Assembly (NCBI GenBank): GCA_002633005.1
Contig: NMRA01000110.1
Location: 62,001-126,000, forward strand
Direction of reading: 5' to 3'
Length of the DNA stretch: 64,000 nucleotides
Source: Phoronis australis
Taxonomy: Eukaryota; Animalia; Phoronida
Shown here: positions 48,663-60,966 of the stretch, one piece after another
Numbering within the stretch: the stretch's first letter is position 1
How the letters are laid out: each line of letters opens with the position of its first letter
The notes under the pieces: generated by a model
What the model was told of the DNA's origin: nothing
The model's database searches: none
The model's input: only the letters and a program-made list of their open reading frames with translations
Program-made: the position numbers and the translations under genes

Positions 48663-51600
48663 TTATGTGGCAGTAGATGTTGAGTGAGTAGGCGTATCGT
48701 CGCTGAAATGAACACGTTTCGGCATCATGTCTCGCAAATGATGTCTATTACGGCGAAGCCTAGTGCCATTTGGGGTTTCGACGATATAACTGTCCGGATT
48801 CTCATCTTGATGTACGATGGTACCCGGGCGCCAAGTCTTGGTTTCTTTATCGAGGATTCTAACATGCTGACCACGAAACAAACTTGGAAGCGATTGTTTA
48901 AAGCATTGTTTGTCATGATGGTCCTTCATGTTTGTAGCTCGTTCATCCAATCTTCTGCGATGTGCATCCTCACCAGGTTCAGAGCGGCTCGGTAGAGTCG
49001 TGACTACTGGTCGGCCGAATAGCAATTCTGCTGGTGATGGAAGTTTTGTGTCAATCGGAGTGGCTCTGTGCTGAAGCATTGCTAAGGCGATATCAGACTT
49101 TTGTCGTATGCACTTCTTCACAACAGACTTAATGTGTCTTACATGGCGTTCGATGAAGCCATTGCTGCGGGAGTAGTGAGGTGAGCTGGTGACATGCTTG
49201 ATGCCCCAAGAGGTGACAAATGCTTTGAAAGCTGGACCAGTGTATTGTGGTCCGTTGTCAGTCATAATTTCGTCTGGTTTTCCAAAGATAGAGCAGTAGT
49301 CTCTAATCTTTGTGGTTATAGCATGACTGGTCACTGACGTTTTCATTTCGTCAACTACAGGGTATTTCGAATATCTGTCAACGGTCAGCAAGAATTGTCT
49401 GCCATCAATCTCGAATAGGTCAGATGCGATTAACTGCCATGGTCTGGAAGGTATATCATGGGGGTTGAGTGGTTGTCGTGGATTGGCATCTTGGAACTCC
49501 TGGCAAAGTGGGCACGACTTGCATAGTCGCTCAATGTCTGCATTGATATTTACCCAGTATACACTTTCTCGGGCTAACCGTCGGGTCTTCTCGACGCCTT
49601 GGTGCCCTTCGTGGAGTTGCCGTAAGATGTCGTCTCTCATCTGTTCAGGTATCAGAACTTGTCGTCCCTTGAACAGGATTCCGGCTTCGACAGCTAGTTC
49701 GTCCCGGAAGGCCCAGTATGGACGTGCCTGCTCAGGTAAGTCTTTTATGGTCTCAGGCCATCCTTGATAGACAATCTCCTTGATCAGGTTCAGCGTAGAG
49801 TCTTGGGTGGTTTCCACTCTAAGTCTCTCTCTCTTGTGGTCAGAGAAGTTAATGATGGCCATGTCAATGATCAGAGGATCATCGAGGTTGAGATTGACAC
49901 CATCAATGCGTTCATCTAACTCGATTGTCGCACCATTTTCAGGGCTTGGTAGTCTACTCAGGGTATCGGCTAGAGTCATCTGGCTACCTGGTCTGTAGAC
50001 TACCTGGAAGTTGTATCCTTGTATCTTTAGTAGCATTCGTTGCAACCGTGGTGGAGCTGAGTGGAGTGGTTTCGAACATATACTGACAAGCGGCTTATGG
50101 TCAGTTATCACGAGGAATGAGGTTCCGTACAAGTAGGTGTGATACCTCTGTATGCCATACAAAATGGCTAACATTTCGCGCTCGATGTTGGAATATCGAG
50201 ACTGACAGTCGGTGAGCGTTTTGGACCCAAATGCTACTGGTTTGCCATCTTGAGTCAGTGCCACTCCTAGTCCCTTCTGAGATGCGTCAACTTCAAGTAA
50301 TATTGCTTTTTGTGGGTCGTAGTAGGACAGTTGGCAATCAGTGCTGACCAGACGCTTGAGATCATCGTAGCATTGCTGATAGGACGCATCCCACATCCAG
50401 GGTGTTTCAGATTTCAGAAGGTTGCGTAGTGTGTGTGCTTTGTCTGCAAATCTGGGGATGTATTGGGAAAGGTAATTCAGCATGCCTAGGAAACGCTGTA
50501 AGTCTTCCTTGTTCTGCGGTGTAGGCATCTGCTGAATGTCACGGATTTTAGAGGGGTCAGGTTTTATCCCAGAGTCTGTGTATAGGTTGCCAAAGAAGGA
50601 TATGCTACGCTGCTTGATTACGCATTTTGAGCTATTAAAAACGAGACCAGTTTGTGCAGCTCGTTCCATGAGACAGCGTAAGTTGCGATCATGATCTTCT
50701 TCGTCTTTACCGAATACTGCCACATCGTCGGCAATGTTGACAACACCACTGAGTCCTTCGAGAATTTGGTCCATTCTCGCCTGGAATATGTCTTGAGATA
50801 CGCTGAGGCCAAATGGAAGTCTGGTCCAACATACTCTGCCAAATGGAGTACGGCAGGTTGTCAGCAGCTGAGATTGTTCATCGAGGTGAACGGACCAATA
50901 TCCGGCCTTGGCGTCAAGTTTGCTGAAGAACTTTGCGTTTGCGAATTCTGGATTCAGCTCTTCCAGGGTTGGTGTTTTGTGTGGACAGCGTTTCAGACTC
51001 CTGTTAAGTTTCTGGGGGTCTATGCAGACACGAAGTGACCCATCTTTTTTCGTGCTGTATACGAGGCTAGAGCACCAGTCGGTGTGTTCATCCACCTTGC
51101 GTAGCACACCCTGTTGGATTAAGTTTTCAATTTCTTGCCTGACTTTATCGCGCAGGTGGATGCTGATCTTTCGTGGGGGGTCGATAAATGGTTCCGCATC
51201 CGGTTTGAGAAGAAGCTTTGCCTTGCCGTCAAAGCTACCAATTTTATCAAACTGGTCAGGGTATGAGTTCTTCAGCTGTTCTTTGGTACTAAAGCGTGTC
51301 GTCTTCATACTGTCGGCATGTATTGTGATGAGCCTGAGTTTCTCACAAGTAGGTAGACCGACAACAGCTGGGCCAGGTACATCCACAACGTAGAACGTTG
51401 CAGGGACCCATGTAGAATCACGGTACTGGCAATCAATGTTGATCTGGCCAAGACATGGGATGGTGTCACCGCTGTATGAGGTGAGTGTTACGTGTTGCGC
51501 AGGATGCAGGATCTTGAGCATGTCTGGGGACTGGCCATACATCTGTCTGAAAGTACGAAGTGGTAATGTGTTGCCTGATGCACCAGAATCAATCTTCAAT

Positions 51601-52572
51601 TTCAGTGTGTGGCTGATTGAGGAGTTCATATTGGGTGGTTTGATGTTAAGGGTGGTGTATGCTTCATCTCGTGTCATACTGTCTAGGCATTTAGTGCTCA
51701 CAGTGACTGAATAGAAATGCTTTTGGTAAGTCTCGTCGTCAGTGTCGTCAATAGCATCGATGTTTTTGTGAGACTTCTTCTGCCGGTACGAGTCGTGGTT
51801 CTGATCAGACCGAGTTCTCGATTTGCTGCGTCGTCCTCGGGAAGAATGACGTCGCTGTTGCTGCTGTTGTTGTTGTTGTTGTGCTTTGCGTTTTTTTCTA
51901 CAGCAAGCTGCCCAGTGCCCCTTGAATCCACATGACTCACACGTGTCGAAGTAGGCTGGACATTGTCTGGGTTTGTGGTTCAGACCGCAGTTTCTACAGG
52001 ATCGGTTTCGGCTTTCCCTGGTCACGCCATGAACTTTTTCAGTGGCAAGGCCCATCTGCTGCAATTGATTGTTGCCAGCGCTCATGGCTTCATATTTCCG
52101 ACCTTCAATTAGTATGTCGGATAGCTTGGCACCCTTAGGTTTTCCATATAACTCTGTGCGGAAGGCATCGTATGGGGTACTGGCTATGATGAGTTCCAGC
52201 ACACGTTCACCAAGTTCTTCATCCGAAAAATCACATTTCAGGGCCAATGTGCGTGCACGGGTCACAAAGTCATCAAGGTTTTCATTGGGTTTTTGCCTAT
52301 ACTGCATCAGTTGTAGGCGGTGTATACGGAAATTAACTGATACCCTTAGCTGACTCTCAAAAAATTCCAAAGTTCAGCAGTCGGTTAACCCACTGGCATT
52401 CAGTCGCTTTAAACCTTCATCCCCGATACCACGGAGGATTTTACGTGCCTGCTTACCTGCGTCCACTGTTTCCTCGTCTTCTATATATAGTGTCATTTTC
52501 TGTTTAAATAACGCAAGGTTACCACAGAGATCGTCGCCGTCGCAGGCCATCTTCGGTATGGAGACCGCCATA
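48663..52572 (-). CDS. Gag-pol polyprotein (two zinc knuckles, protease, RT, RNase H, integrase) with a lesion near 52375
   Basis: CRNCGLNH..C and CESCGFKGHWAAC; IDSGAS; LDAKAGYW, LPFGL, IADD; DAS..GLG, EREMLA, TDHKPL; HEGHQG..C..C, SDLF, TDNGPQY, NGFIER. Likely start MAVSIPK at 52572. Confidence 0.93.
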
Positions 52573-52980
52573 TTTGTTTTGATCCGGGGCCAAATGTCAC
52601 AGGCACAGAGGTCGCAGACGGTCACTTGCACTGATCTAATTATAGGTCGTCTGGGAATGTGGGAGTGACAATGGCAATTAGGTGTCAGTCCGCTTGACAA
52701 TGAATTCCGTGTTTCTCCTATCCTCGGACAGGAATAAAACGTTGGTAGTATAATGATCACTGAATACCGATTGTCCGTTCAGAACAGTCGTTTCTTGCAC
52801 TTACGAATTTGCGTCTGGAGGTTGACGGACAGATACTATAGGTTTTGCAGACAAGGGCGCGTCGCGGCTTCACGTTGTCCGGCTCCCGGTAGATGCACGA
52901 AAATTAGTTTCTGCATTTCTCCAAAGTCCATTTAGTTGCACAACATCGGTTCTGGCAAACACAGGGATGATTGTGTTTTT

Positions 52981-52993
52981 ACCGCTGCCACCA
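52981..52993 (-). promoter_or_regulatory. Primer-binding site (tRNA-Leu)
   Basis: TGGTGGCAGCGGT is complementary to the ...ACCGCTGCCACCA 3' end typical of metazoan tRNA-Leu. Confidence 0.8.
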
Positions 52994-53138
52994 TGAAGTA
53001 TTATCTGGCCGGTTAGAGGCGATAATGAAGACACCAGGTTTAGAACAGTAGGTTTATATTTGAAAACTAAGTACCGAGAGCACTACTTCATTCACAGCAA
53101 TATATGACTACGCTACATAGTAATACGATACTACAACA
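52994..53138 (-). repeat. 5' LTR
   Basis: Direct repeat of 48280-48424. Confidence 0.97.
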
Positions 53139-53387
53139 CTTTTCATTTATTGTTTCGATGCTTTTTCATTTGTCGTTTACTTGTTACTCACTAGTTCAGC
53201 TATGAGTCCTGAGCGCTGGTATTTGTTTACTTGTTCGCCATGCAGTAATATCTTTTCATTGTCACTGATAGGCTGGACGGCTGGAATATGGTAGTACTTC
53301 AATGTGTACTGTTTTATGTATTTGTTAGAGTGCGTGTGAGTGTGCACGTGTGTGGGACCTTTACTTTTTCTCTAGTTACTTTTGATA

Positions 53388-56300
53388 ATGGGTGAATTGT
53401 CAATATTTTCTATGAACTGTAGGGGTCTGAGGGATGTTTCAAAACGCAAACATGTCTTTGACTTTATTCGTAGAAAAAACTTTTCAATTTATTGTTTACA
53501 AGATACACATTTTTTGGACTCAGAAAAGAATATAATTAGAGCAATGTGGGGATATGATGTATATTTAAGCTGTGGAGTGAGAAATTCAAGGGGAGTTTGT
53601 ATACTATTCAATAATAATTTTGAATTCGAAGTAATAGGTGAAAAGCGAGACCAAAATGGTAACTTTTTGTTATTGAATATTTTTGTTGAAAAGAAAATTA
53701 AAATTTCTCTTATAAACCTTAATGGCCCGAATTCTGACGAACCAAATTTCTATAAATCAATTAGAGATTCCCTGTCTAGTCTTGACACCGACTTTGCTAT
53801 GATATGTGGCGACTGGAATTTAGTCCAAGACTTTGAAAAAGATTTGTTTTGCGTATGTGCGTTTAAATAATCCAAACGCAAGAAAAGAAGTCCTTAATAT
53901 TTGTTCTCATTTTAACCTCATTGACCCATGGAGACAAGCCAATCCCAATAAGAAATTATTTACGTGGCGAAAGACGAATCCGATCAAGAAAGCACGCCTA
54001 GACTTTTTTCTTGTTTCAGACGAAATGTCTAATATTGTGGAACATGTTAAAATGGATCCTGGATATAGGACCGACCATTCTTCTGTTATACTCGAACTGA
54101 AAATTGGAAGTTTTGCTAGAGGTCCGGGTCTTTGGCGATTTAATAACTCTCTACTTAAAGATGCACACTATGTAGAACTAATAAAGAATGTTATTAAAGA
54201 AACTAAAACCAAATATGCTGCTTTGCCTTACACTAGAAGCAGGATAACCGAAATTCCCGATGCAGATTTGTTATTAAATATAGACGATTCGTTGTTTTTT
54301 GAAATGCTCCTACTCAACATTCGCAGTCAAACAATAAAAATTTAGTAAAATGAAAAAGAAAGAGACTGATGACCGTATAAAAACTTTAGAAAAACAAATT
54401 AGTGTACTTTTCGACATAATTCAAACGAATCATTCTGCTGTTTTTGAAAAATTGTTTGATGAATTTTCTGAAGAACTACGCCGTCTGGGAAAAGCCGTAA
54501 AAATATTTTTCTAATCTTGAAAAGAGAAACAATTTTAATAAAAATATTACCAAATTAATTATGCCCAATGGGGAAACGGTTACAGACCAATCTCAGCTAC
54601 TCTTGGAGGCATCAAATTTCTATAAAATGTTGTACCAAAATAGAGACGATGTCACTGAGGATGTCAACTTGGATGTTTTAATTTATGATAATGTTAAAAA
54701 GTTAAGTGATATAAAGCTCTTTGCTCGATGGACCAATTTCTGCAACTGAAGCCTTTTCGGTAGTTAAGTTCATGAAAAACAATAAATCGCCAGGCCCGGA
54801 CGGCTTCTCAGCTGAATTTTACAAATGTTTTTGGACTGATCTTTCAGTATTTTTGGTTCGTTCGTTTAATGATAGTTTTTCTAAAGGTAGATTGCCTGTA
54901 AGTCAAAATCAAGGGGTGATTTCTCTTCTGCCTAAGAGTAAAAAAACGAGAGAGTACCTGACAAACTGGCGTCCTATCTCATTACTCAATACCAGTTATA
55001 AGATTTTGTCAGGTTGTCTCGCGCAAAGATTGAAACTGATAATTAGTTCATTAGTACATGAAAATCAGAGGGGTTTTTATCAAGGGTAGACATATAGGGG
55101 AAAGCACTAGGAATATTTATGATTTGATCCATTATACAGAAGAAATTAACATTCCAGACCTTTTAGTACTTGTTGACTTTGAGAAGGCTTTTGATTCTAT
55201 TTCGTGGAATTTCATTTATAAAGTTCTCAAATTATTTAATTTTAGTGAAAATTTCATTGATTGGATTCATCTTCTAAATGAGGGTACACGTCTTTCCGTT
55301 ATACAACATAATTTCACGTCAGGATATTTTGCGATTGGGCGCGGGTGTCGACAGGGGGATCCGATTTCTCCATATCTCTTCATACTGTGAGCAGAGATCA
55401 TGGCAATTTATGTCCGTCAGAATTCGAAAATTAAAGGCATTTGTATTTAGAGCAGATCGCATACAATAATGCAGTATGCCGATGATACAGTCTTAACTCT
55501 TAATGGGTCTAGCGACTCTCTGAATGAAACCCTGAATCTTTTAGACCAATTTTTCAAGTTCTCTGGACTAAAACCTAATTTAGAAAAAACAGAATGTGTA
55601 TGCATAGGGTCTATGAAATACAATGACATAAGGTTATGCCCTGAGAGAGAGCTACTTTGGAGAAAAAAACATTTCACCACACTTGGTATTAAATTTAGTC
55701 TTGAGCTGTCTGAAATAACCAGATTAAATTATGAAGAAAAGATCAGTGAAATTGAAGGTGGTCGCAGGACGTGGGCCAAAAGAATTTTGACTCCCCTGGG
55801 AAAAATAACTGTATTTAAATCATTTATGATTTCCAAGCTAACTCATTTGTTTATCGCATTACCTTTCCCGTTACAGGAAACGATTCAAAGACTAGAAAAA
55901 CTTTTCTATAATTTTGTATGGGATGGTAAAAACGATAGAATCGGTCGAACTACGTTAATTCAAAATTTCACGCATGGAGGCTGTAAAATGATACACATTA
56001 GCTCTTTCATCAAATCTTTAAAGGCTTTATGGTTTCGTAAAATAAATTCATGTAGTGAAGAGTTGTGGATGGATATTTTGTCCCAAAATAACTTTTTTAA
56101 TACCCATCGTAACTACTTGTGCTTTGGCACAACATTTTATGAGACCTGGTCCAAAAATATTTCAAATTTGTTCTGGAAAGAGATATTCTCTTACACTAAA
56201 GAATTTTTGAGTAAATTTCCTATAAAAAGAGACAATATTACATATGAACCTTTGTGGTACAACTCTAATATTTTGGCAGGTAAAAGACATTTATACGATA

Positions 56301-57136
56301 GAAGGTGGTATGAGAAAAATATTGTATTTATTTATGACTTTTTAGACTCTAATGGGACGTTTATGAATTATGAAACTTTCTGTAACGTACACGATTTTTC
56401 TCCACCCTTCAATGAATACCTTCGTCTTAGGAGTATATTACGATCATATCTAAAAGATAGTAAAGGTCACGTCTTTCAAGTTACTTTACCGAATTTTCCA
56501 CAGGTATTCTCTAAAACACTATTTTGCCAAAAGCCAAATAAATTTATCTATGATACTTTAGTTTATCAGCTATATAGAAAACCAAAATTTGAGTTAAAGT
56601 GGAAAATGGTGTTAAATTTGCAATTATCTGATGAGTGGTGGAGAAAAACCTACTGTTGCTCTGTAGACTTCACATCTGATACGAAATTAAAATGGTTTCA
56701 AATTAGTTTGACCCATAGAATTTTAAGTACAAATACTTTTCTCCATAAAATTGGAGTTACTAACTCGCAATTGTGCACCTTTTGTAAAAAGGAACCAGAG
56801 GACTTAATTCATCTCTACTGGTCATGTCATGTTGTGTGTTCCTTTTGTTCGGCATTATTTCGATGGATCGACCAAAAACTAAATATAACCTTAAATCCTG
56901 CCATCATCGATATCCTTTTTGGTAAGCATTCTGAATCAAAAGTAATAAATCTAGTATTGATATTGGGTAAAAATCATATATATCGTCGTAGGTTAGAAAA
57001 ACGCTTCCCCTGTATTGAACATCTCAAGGCAGAGATATATGAATACTTCCAAATTGAAAAATACATTTTTGCCAAAAATTGTGAACTTTTGGAATTTCAT
57101 AAGAGATGGTCTCCTATGGTTCTTTTGTTTCGTTGA
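53388..57136 (+). pseudogene. LINE ORF2 (APE endonuclease, RT, CCHC finger) with several frameshifts and stops
   Basis: SMNCRGL, LQDTH, GDWN, RLDFFL, TDH; KSPGPDGF, WRPISLLN, DFEKAFDS, GCRQGDPISP, QYADD; CTFC..HLYWSC. Confidence 0.95.
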
Positions 57137-57268
57137 CTGGGGTTACAACTAAAATTTAGGCCCCCGGAGTGAATGAGTGTATGAATGTGTATATTCCCTT
57201 TAAATTTAGTATATGTCTCACGCTACTTATGGATGAATAAATGTTAAAAAAGGCTTCTGATGTTTATG

Positions 57269-57686
57269 CAGGGATATTCCTGAATGCGCATTTGTGCTAT
57301 TAGTGCATACAAAAGGGCACAAACACATTGCAGTTGTGCCATCCCCGGCCCAGGTACAATTTTTAAAACGAACTCTTCCAAAAATGCAAGATTCTATTAG
57401 TCAACTTACAGCCGTACAACTTATTGGTAATGTTGCAGATGTCATTAAAATGAGTGAAGAGGCCGTTAACATTTTCCAATATTTGATCGTAAATTACCAT
57501 TTCCTGTTTACAATTTTTACGTGAGCATGACTGTGTTCTAATTTTCAATGCCGTTGAGGTTTGTTTCATGTGTTACCACTTAATTACACCAAGTCTGCCA
57601 GACACAACTTTTTGAAAAAAGACACACTTTTTATCATCAGGGGCACCCAAAGGGCACAGGTTCAAATGTGGCCAGGAATATCCCTG
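57269..57686. mobile_element. MITE with CAGGG ends and 6-bp TSD
   Basis: 14-bp perfect TIR CAGGGATATTCCTG; TTTATG at 57263-57268 and 57687-57692. Confidence 0.8.
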
Positions 57687-57877
57687 TTTATGTAATACCA
57701 GTCTGAGGGAGGTTCACACAGATTTTACTTCAAGTTGGATTTAGAACAGTTGAAGCTGGCAGCCTAGGCTTGGAAAAGTTTTAGTGTCCAACCTTTGTGT
57801 TTATTATATGGTTAACTTATGGGTAATCGGGAAATTCCTCGGCCTGTGTTGTAAATCACACCCAACTTCTGATCATC

Positions 57878-58140
57878 CTGAATACACTATATATAATACC
57901 ACAAGGCATGACACTCGTAACTAGGAATTCCACGAGTGCTTCACTTCACACTAAATTCTTCCCAAAAGCTGATGACAGACCTTTTATTAGTATTATAGTG
58001 TATTTGTGACGAACAGACTCAGAGGCTGAGGATGCCTGTGGTATAACTCAAAGTCTTAGCTTCTGACAGTACCTAATACACTATAAATATATACCACAAG
58101 GTATGACACTCATGACTAAAAATTCCATGGGTGCTTCACT
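57878..58140. repeat. Diverged ~70-bp direct repeat, about 195 bp apart
   Basis: atacactata...ataccacaagg.atgacactc...aattcca.g.gtgcttcact occurs twice. Confidence 0.75.
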
Positions 58141-60539
58141 AATTCACTACAGCCGTCCATATCAAACGCAAAACTCAATAAATTTACACAAAACAAGGGT
58201 TCAGCAAACCGTGAGCAAATGAGCAATTGTACTTCCTTGTGATAGCATTTACAGTGTCCTGCTATGGACAGCGAGTGCAGAAAAAATTCGCGGTCGAAGC
58301 ACAAAATTCTCTCCAGAAAGTAGATGCGCACTGTCAATGTGCCCCACGTGAGTTGATACGGAATTATCCGATGACGTACGGATGGACGGTAATTGCCGAT
58401 TTATCACGGAATGTTTCAGAATGGTCTGAGTAAGTGTGGAGTTTGTGACCTTCCGCAATGAATCCGCAATTTCCATGCAGCACAATGACAGTGCGCATCG
58501 GCTTTATGGGATTTTTTTTAGCTTTGATCGCAAATGCTAAGCAATTGCATTGCATTGAATGCTGCAGGTATGCAACACGTAGCCCCTCGGTTGGCCAGTT
58601 AGGGGCTACAATACTTCCCATCGCTTTCTGCACGAATTTCGTCCTGTGTATTTTAAACGGGCGGTAGGCCAAATCCGGCCAAAGATTAGGAGTTTTCACC
58701 TCGTCAAAAATACATTCCGCACTTAAAACTTCACCTTAAAAATGCGCTTACTTTCTTCAGTGGATCCTTCTTCTACGCATATCTTCGATGAAGCTTAGTT
58801 ACGATAATTAAGGTGACTTTGCCGAAGAATTCCAACTCCACTGTTTTGGTTGCCGTTAATTTTTTCACTATGCGCGCGATAACCACAAAGTATTTCAACT
58901 GAGTAACGTGAGTTACTGTATAGGCAAAGGCTAGCGCGAGACTGAGCGAAGCGCGTGACGCTAGCGCGTGATGCTGTTTGCAAAATAGCATGGGAAGAAA
59001 TCAGGTGAAATTTTTAAAATTTGTGTCCCTTGGACTTTTTATTCGTCGAGATGCGTGATTTCACGTAACTTACTCAAAATGGCACCCGGTGAGAGAAACT
59101 CCAACAAACCGCGACAGATTTTTATCGATTTGTTCAAATTATCTTGACTGTTCGTCTCCACCCCTCGGACTTATGGTATGACTTAATTATAACTCCGTGT
59201 GTATATATGAATGTTTCACTTCATTTTATTTCCTGTATTTTGAAATTTCTAACTTTTTGAGGGGATGTTCTATCGCCTCTGTATGCCTGCGGCAACCCGG
59301 AAGGGCGATGTAATTGCTTAACGATAGTACATCTCCACAAAAATTTCAATAAAGCAAATAAAATCAAACGAAACATGCATATATGCACATGGCGTTATAA
59401 TTAATGCATATCACCACTTAGCCTTGGTGTATACATGTACTACTAAGTATTTTGACGATAGTCTCAATACAGCTAGCTGGCTGGCTAGGTAACACTGTTC
59501 GTGTGTTGAGTTGCGTAAGACCCCGAAATTTCCCACTGCCCCGGTAGTTCTGCTCGTCATATTGCCGTGAAACTTGTAAAGTTAACGACTGGCGGATGCA
59601 ACATCCGGAGTCAACCAACACTCACCATGCCCGTTGCAGCCACTTGAGTGAAAAACAATGTAATTAACGTCATTTTGTTGCATAACTATTTGTATTTTGT
59701 AACAAAGAAAAGTCTATCACGCTCGTGACCCGCGCACGCGCCTTTTCCTGAAATTTTGCGACATCTTTCGGAAGATATTGACAGCTTCGCAGCAGCAAAA
59801 TTTGCTCTAAAATTTGGTCTGCTGGTATAAAAATGCTAAAAAGATGTAACAAAATGAAACCAGTTCCGATAATTTGTTGTGCCATGTACGCAGATTCGTG
59901 GAAGAGAAGAATAACTGATTAAAGAACTGGCCATCGAAATCCGACCCAAAAGAACGCATCACAATTTTAGCAGCAAAATAACGGCAGAACGACAATGTTG
60001 CCGAGCTCATGCACATAAATAATTTAGTTTACTCACGGAAGAGTGTCTTCAATAATGACACTAATTTTGTGAAAATGTTACTTGTTCAGTTTTTTACCCA
60101 CCATCGGCCCAACGCTTTGCTGCACCAAGGCTAACGCCCGTTTTTTGACTTGATTAAAACGTCAAATCGGAGAAAATGAGTTCCAGTTTGTTCTAAAAAT
60201 TCTGCCGTGGCTAAAATTATAATTATGTAGCTCAAAAGTGTACAACGCGGTTGGTTTGTGGTTAGATTTATTCATTTCAAATGTTGACCTTCTTTCAGTT
60301 GTTAAGAAGTCGCATACCGCGCCGCTTCTCACAAAGCGAAGTGAGTACGCCACTTGACTGTTTACGAACAAACAAAGCCAATGTCAGTAAACCATTACAA
60401 ATCTTTTCTTCACAGATTCTCTCCTGAGTGCTGCATGTGTGTGATATTGTGCCTCACATTCTCGTGGTCTACAATTCATTTCCGAAGTGTGAGAAATGTT
60501 TGCACGTCACACTGGGCTTGCCACTCGTAGCGTGAAAAT

Positions 60540-60966
60540 TTATCGTACCTCAGAATCTCGTGTTCTTCTTTGCTGAGAAGAATTGCAGTATGAAAATTTA
60601 TGATGAGACTTTTGTAAATACATGTACAGTTCATCGTCCAGTGAACAGGCCGGTGAGCCAAACTTTGATAAGCTTATTGTGGACTTGTCTAAAGTATTGA
60701 AGCTATTTAGAATACTCCTTTTGTATATGTACGTACGTGTGGCGAGGGAGTCACATGGCGGTATGTAAGCGGCTTGGGTGCTCAGGTCACCATCCAGTGG
60801 AAACAGCATAGGGATTCCATTGAGGTCGGCATAACAGGGCACACCGTGCATTTGCACCAAGACGTCCCACCACGTCTGTCCTCAGTCTCTGCCTCATTTC
60901 TCTCAACACCTGCCTGTGCCTGTGTGTACTTTGCCTCATTATATACTCGAGCTCAAACATATACCT
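60540..60966 (-). pseudogene. P2X7 C-terminal ballast/nanor-like Cys-rich gene remnant
   Basis: RYMFELEY, then after a frameshift AETEDRRGGTSWCKCTVCPVMPTSMESLCC, and later CTCI...F. Confidence 0.6.

Larger units (their letters stand above)
48280..53138 (-). mobile_element. Ty3/Gypsy LTR retrotransposon (Mag-like)
   Basis: 145-bp TG..CA LTRs; CTTTT TSD (48275-48279, 53139-53143); PBS TGGTGGCAGCGGT next to the 5' LTR; polypurine tract AAAGAGAGGGGA next to the 3' LTR. Confidence 0.97.
47043..57245 (+). mobile_element. Full-length decayed L1/Tx1-clade LINE
   Basis: 14-bp TSD AAAAAAGGCTTCTG at 47029-47042 and 57246-57259; ORF1, ORF2 and AATAAA at ~57236. Confidence 0.9.

Noticed and set aside
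52368-52382. In-frame TGA in gag suggesting programmed readthrough
   Set aside because: It lies early in gag rather than at the gag-pol boundary. The shifted frame reads AELWNF, the expected conserved motif, so compensating indels explain it better.
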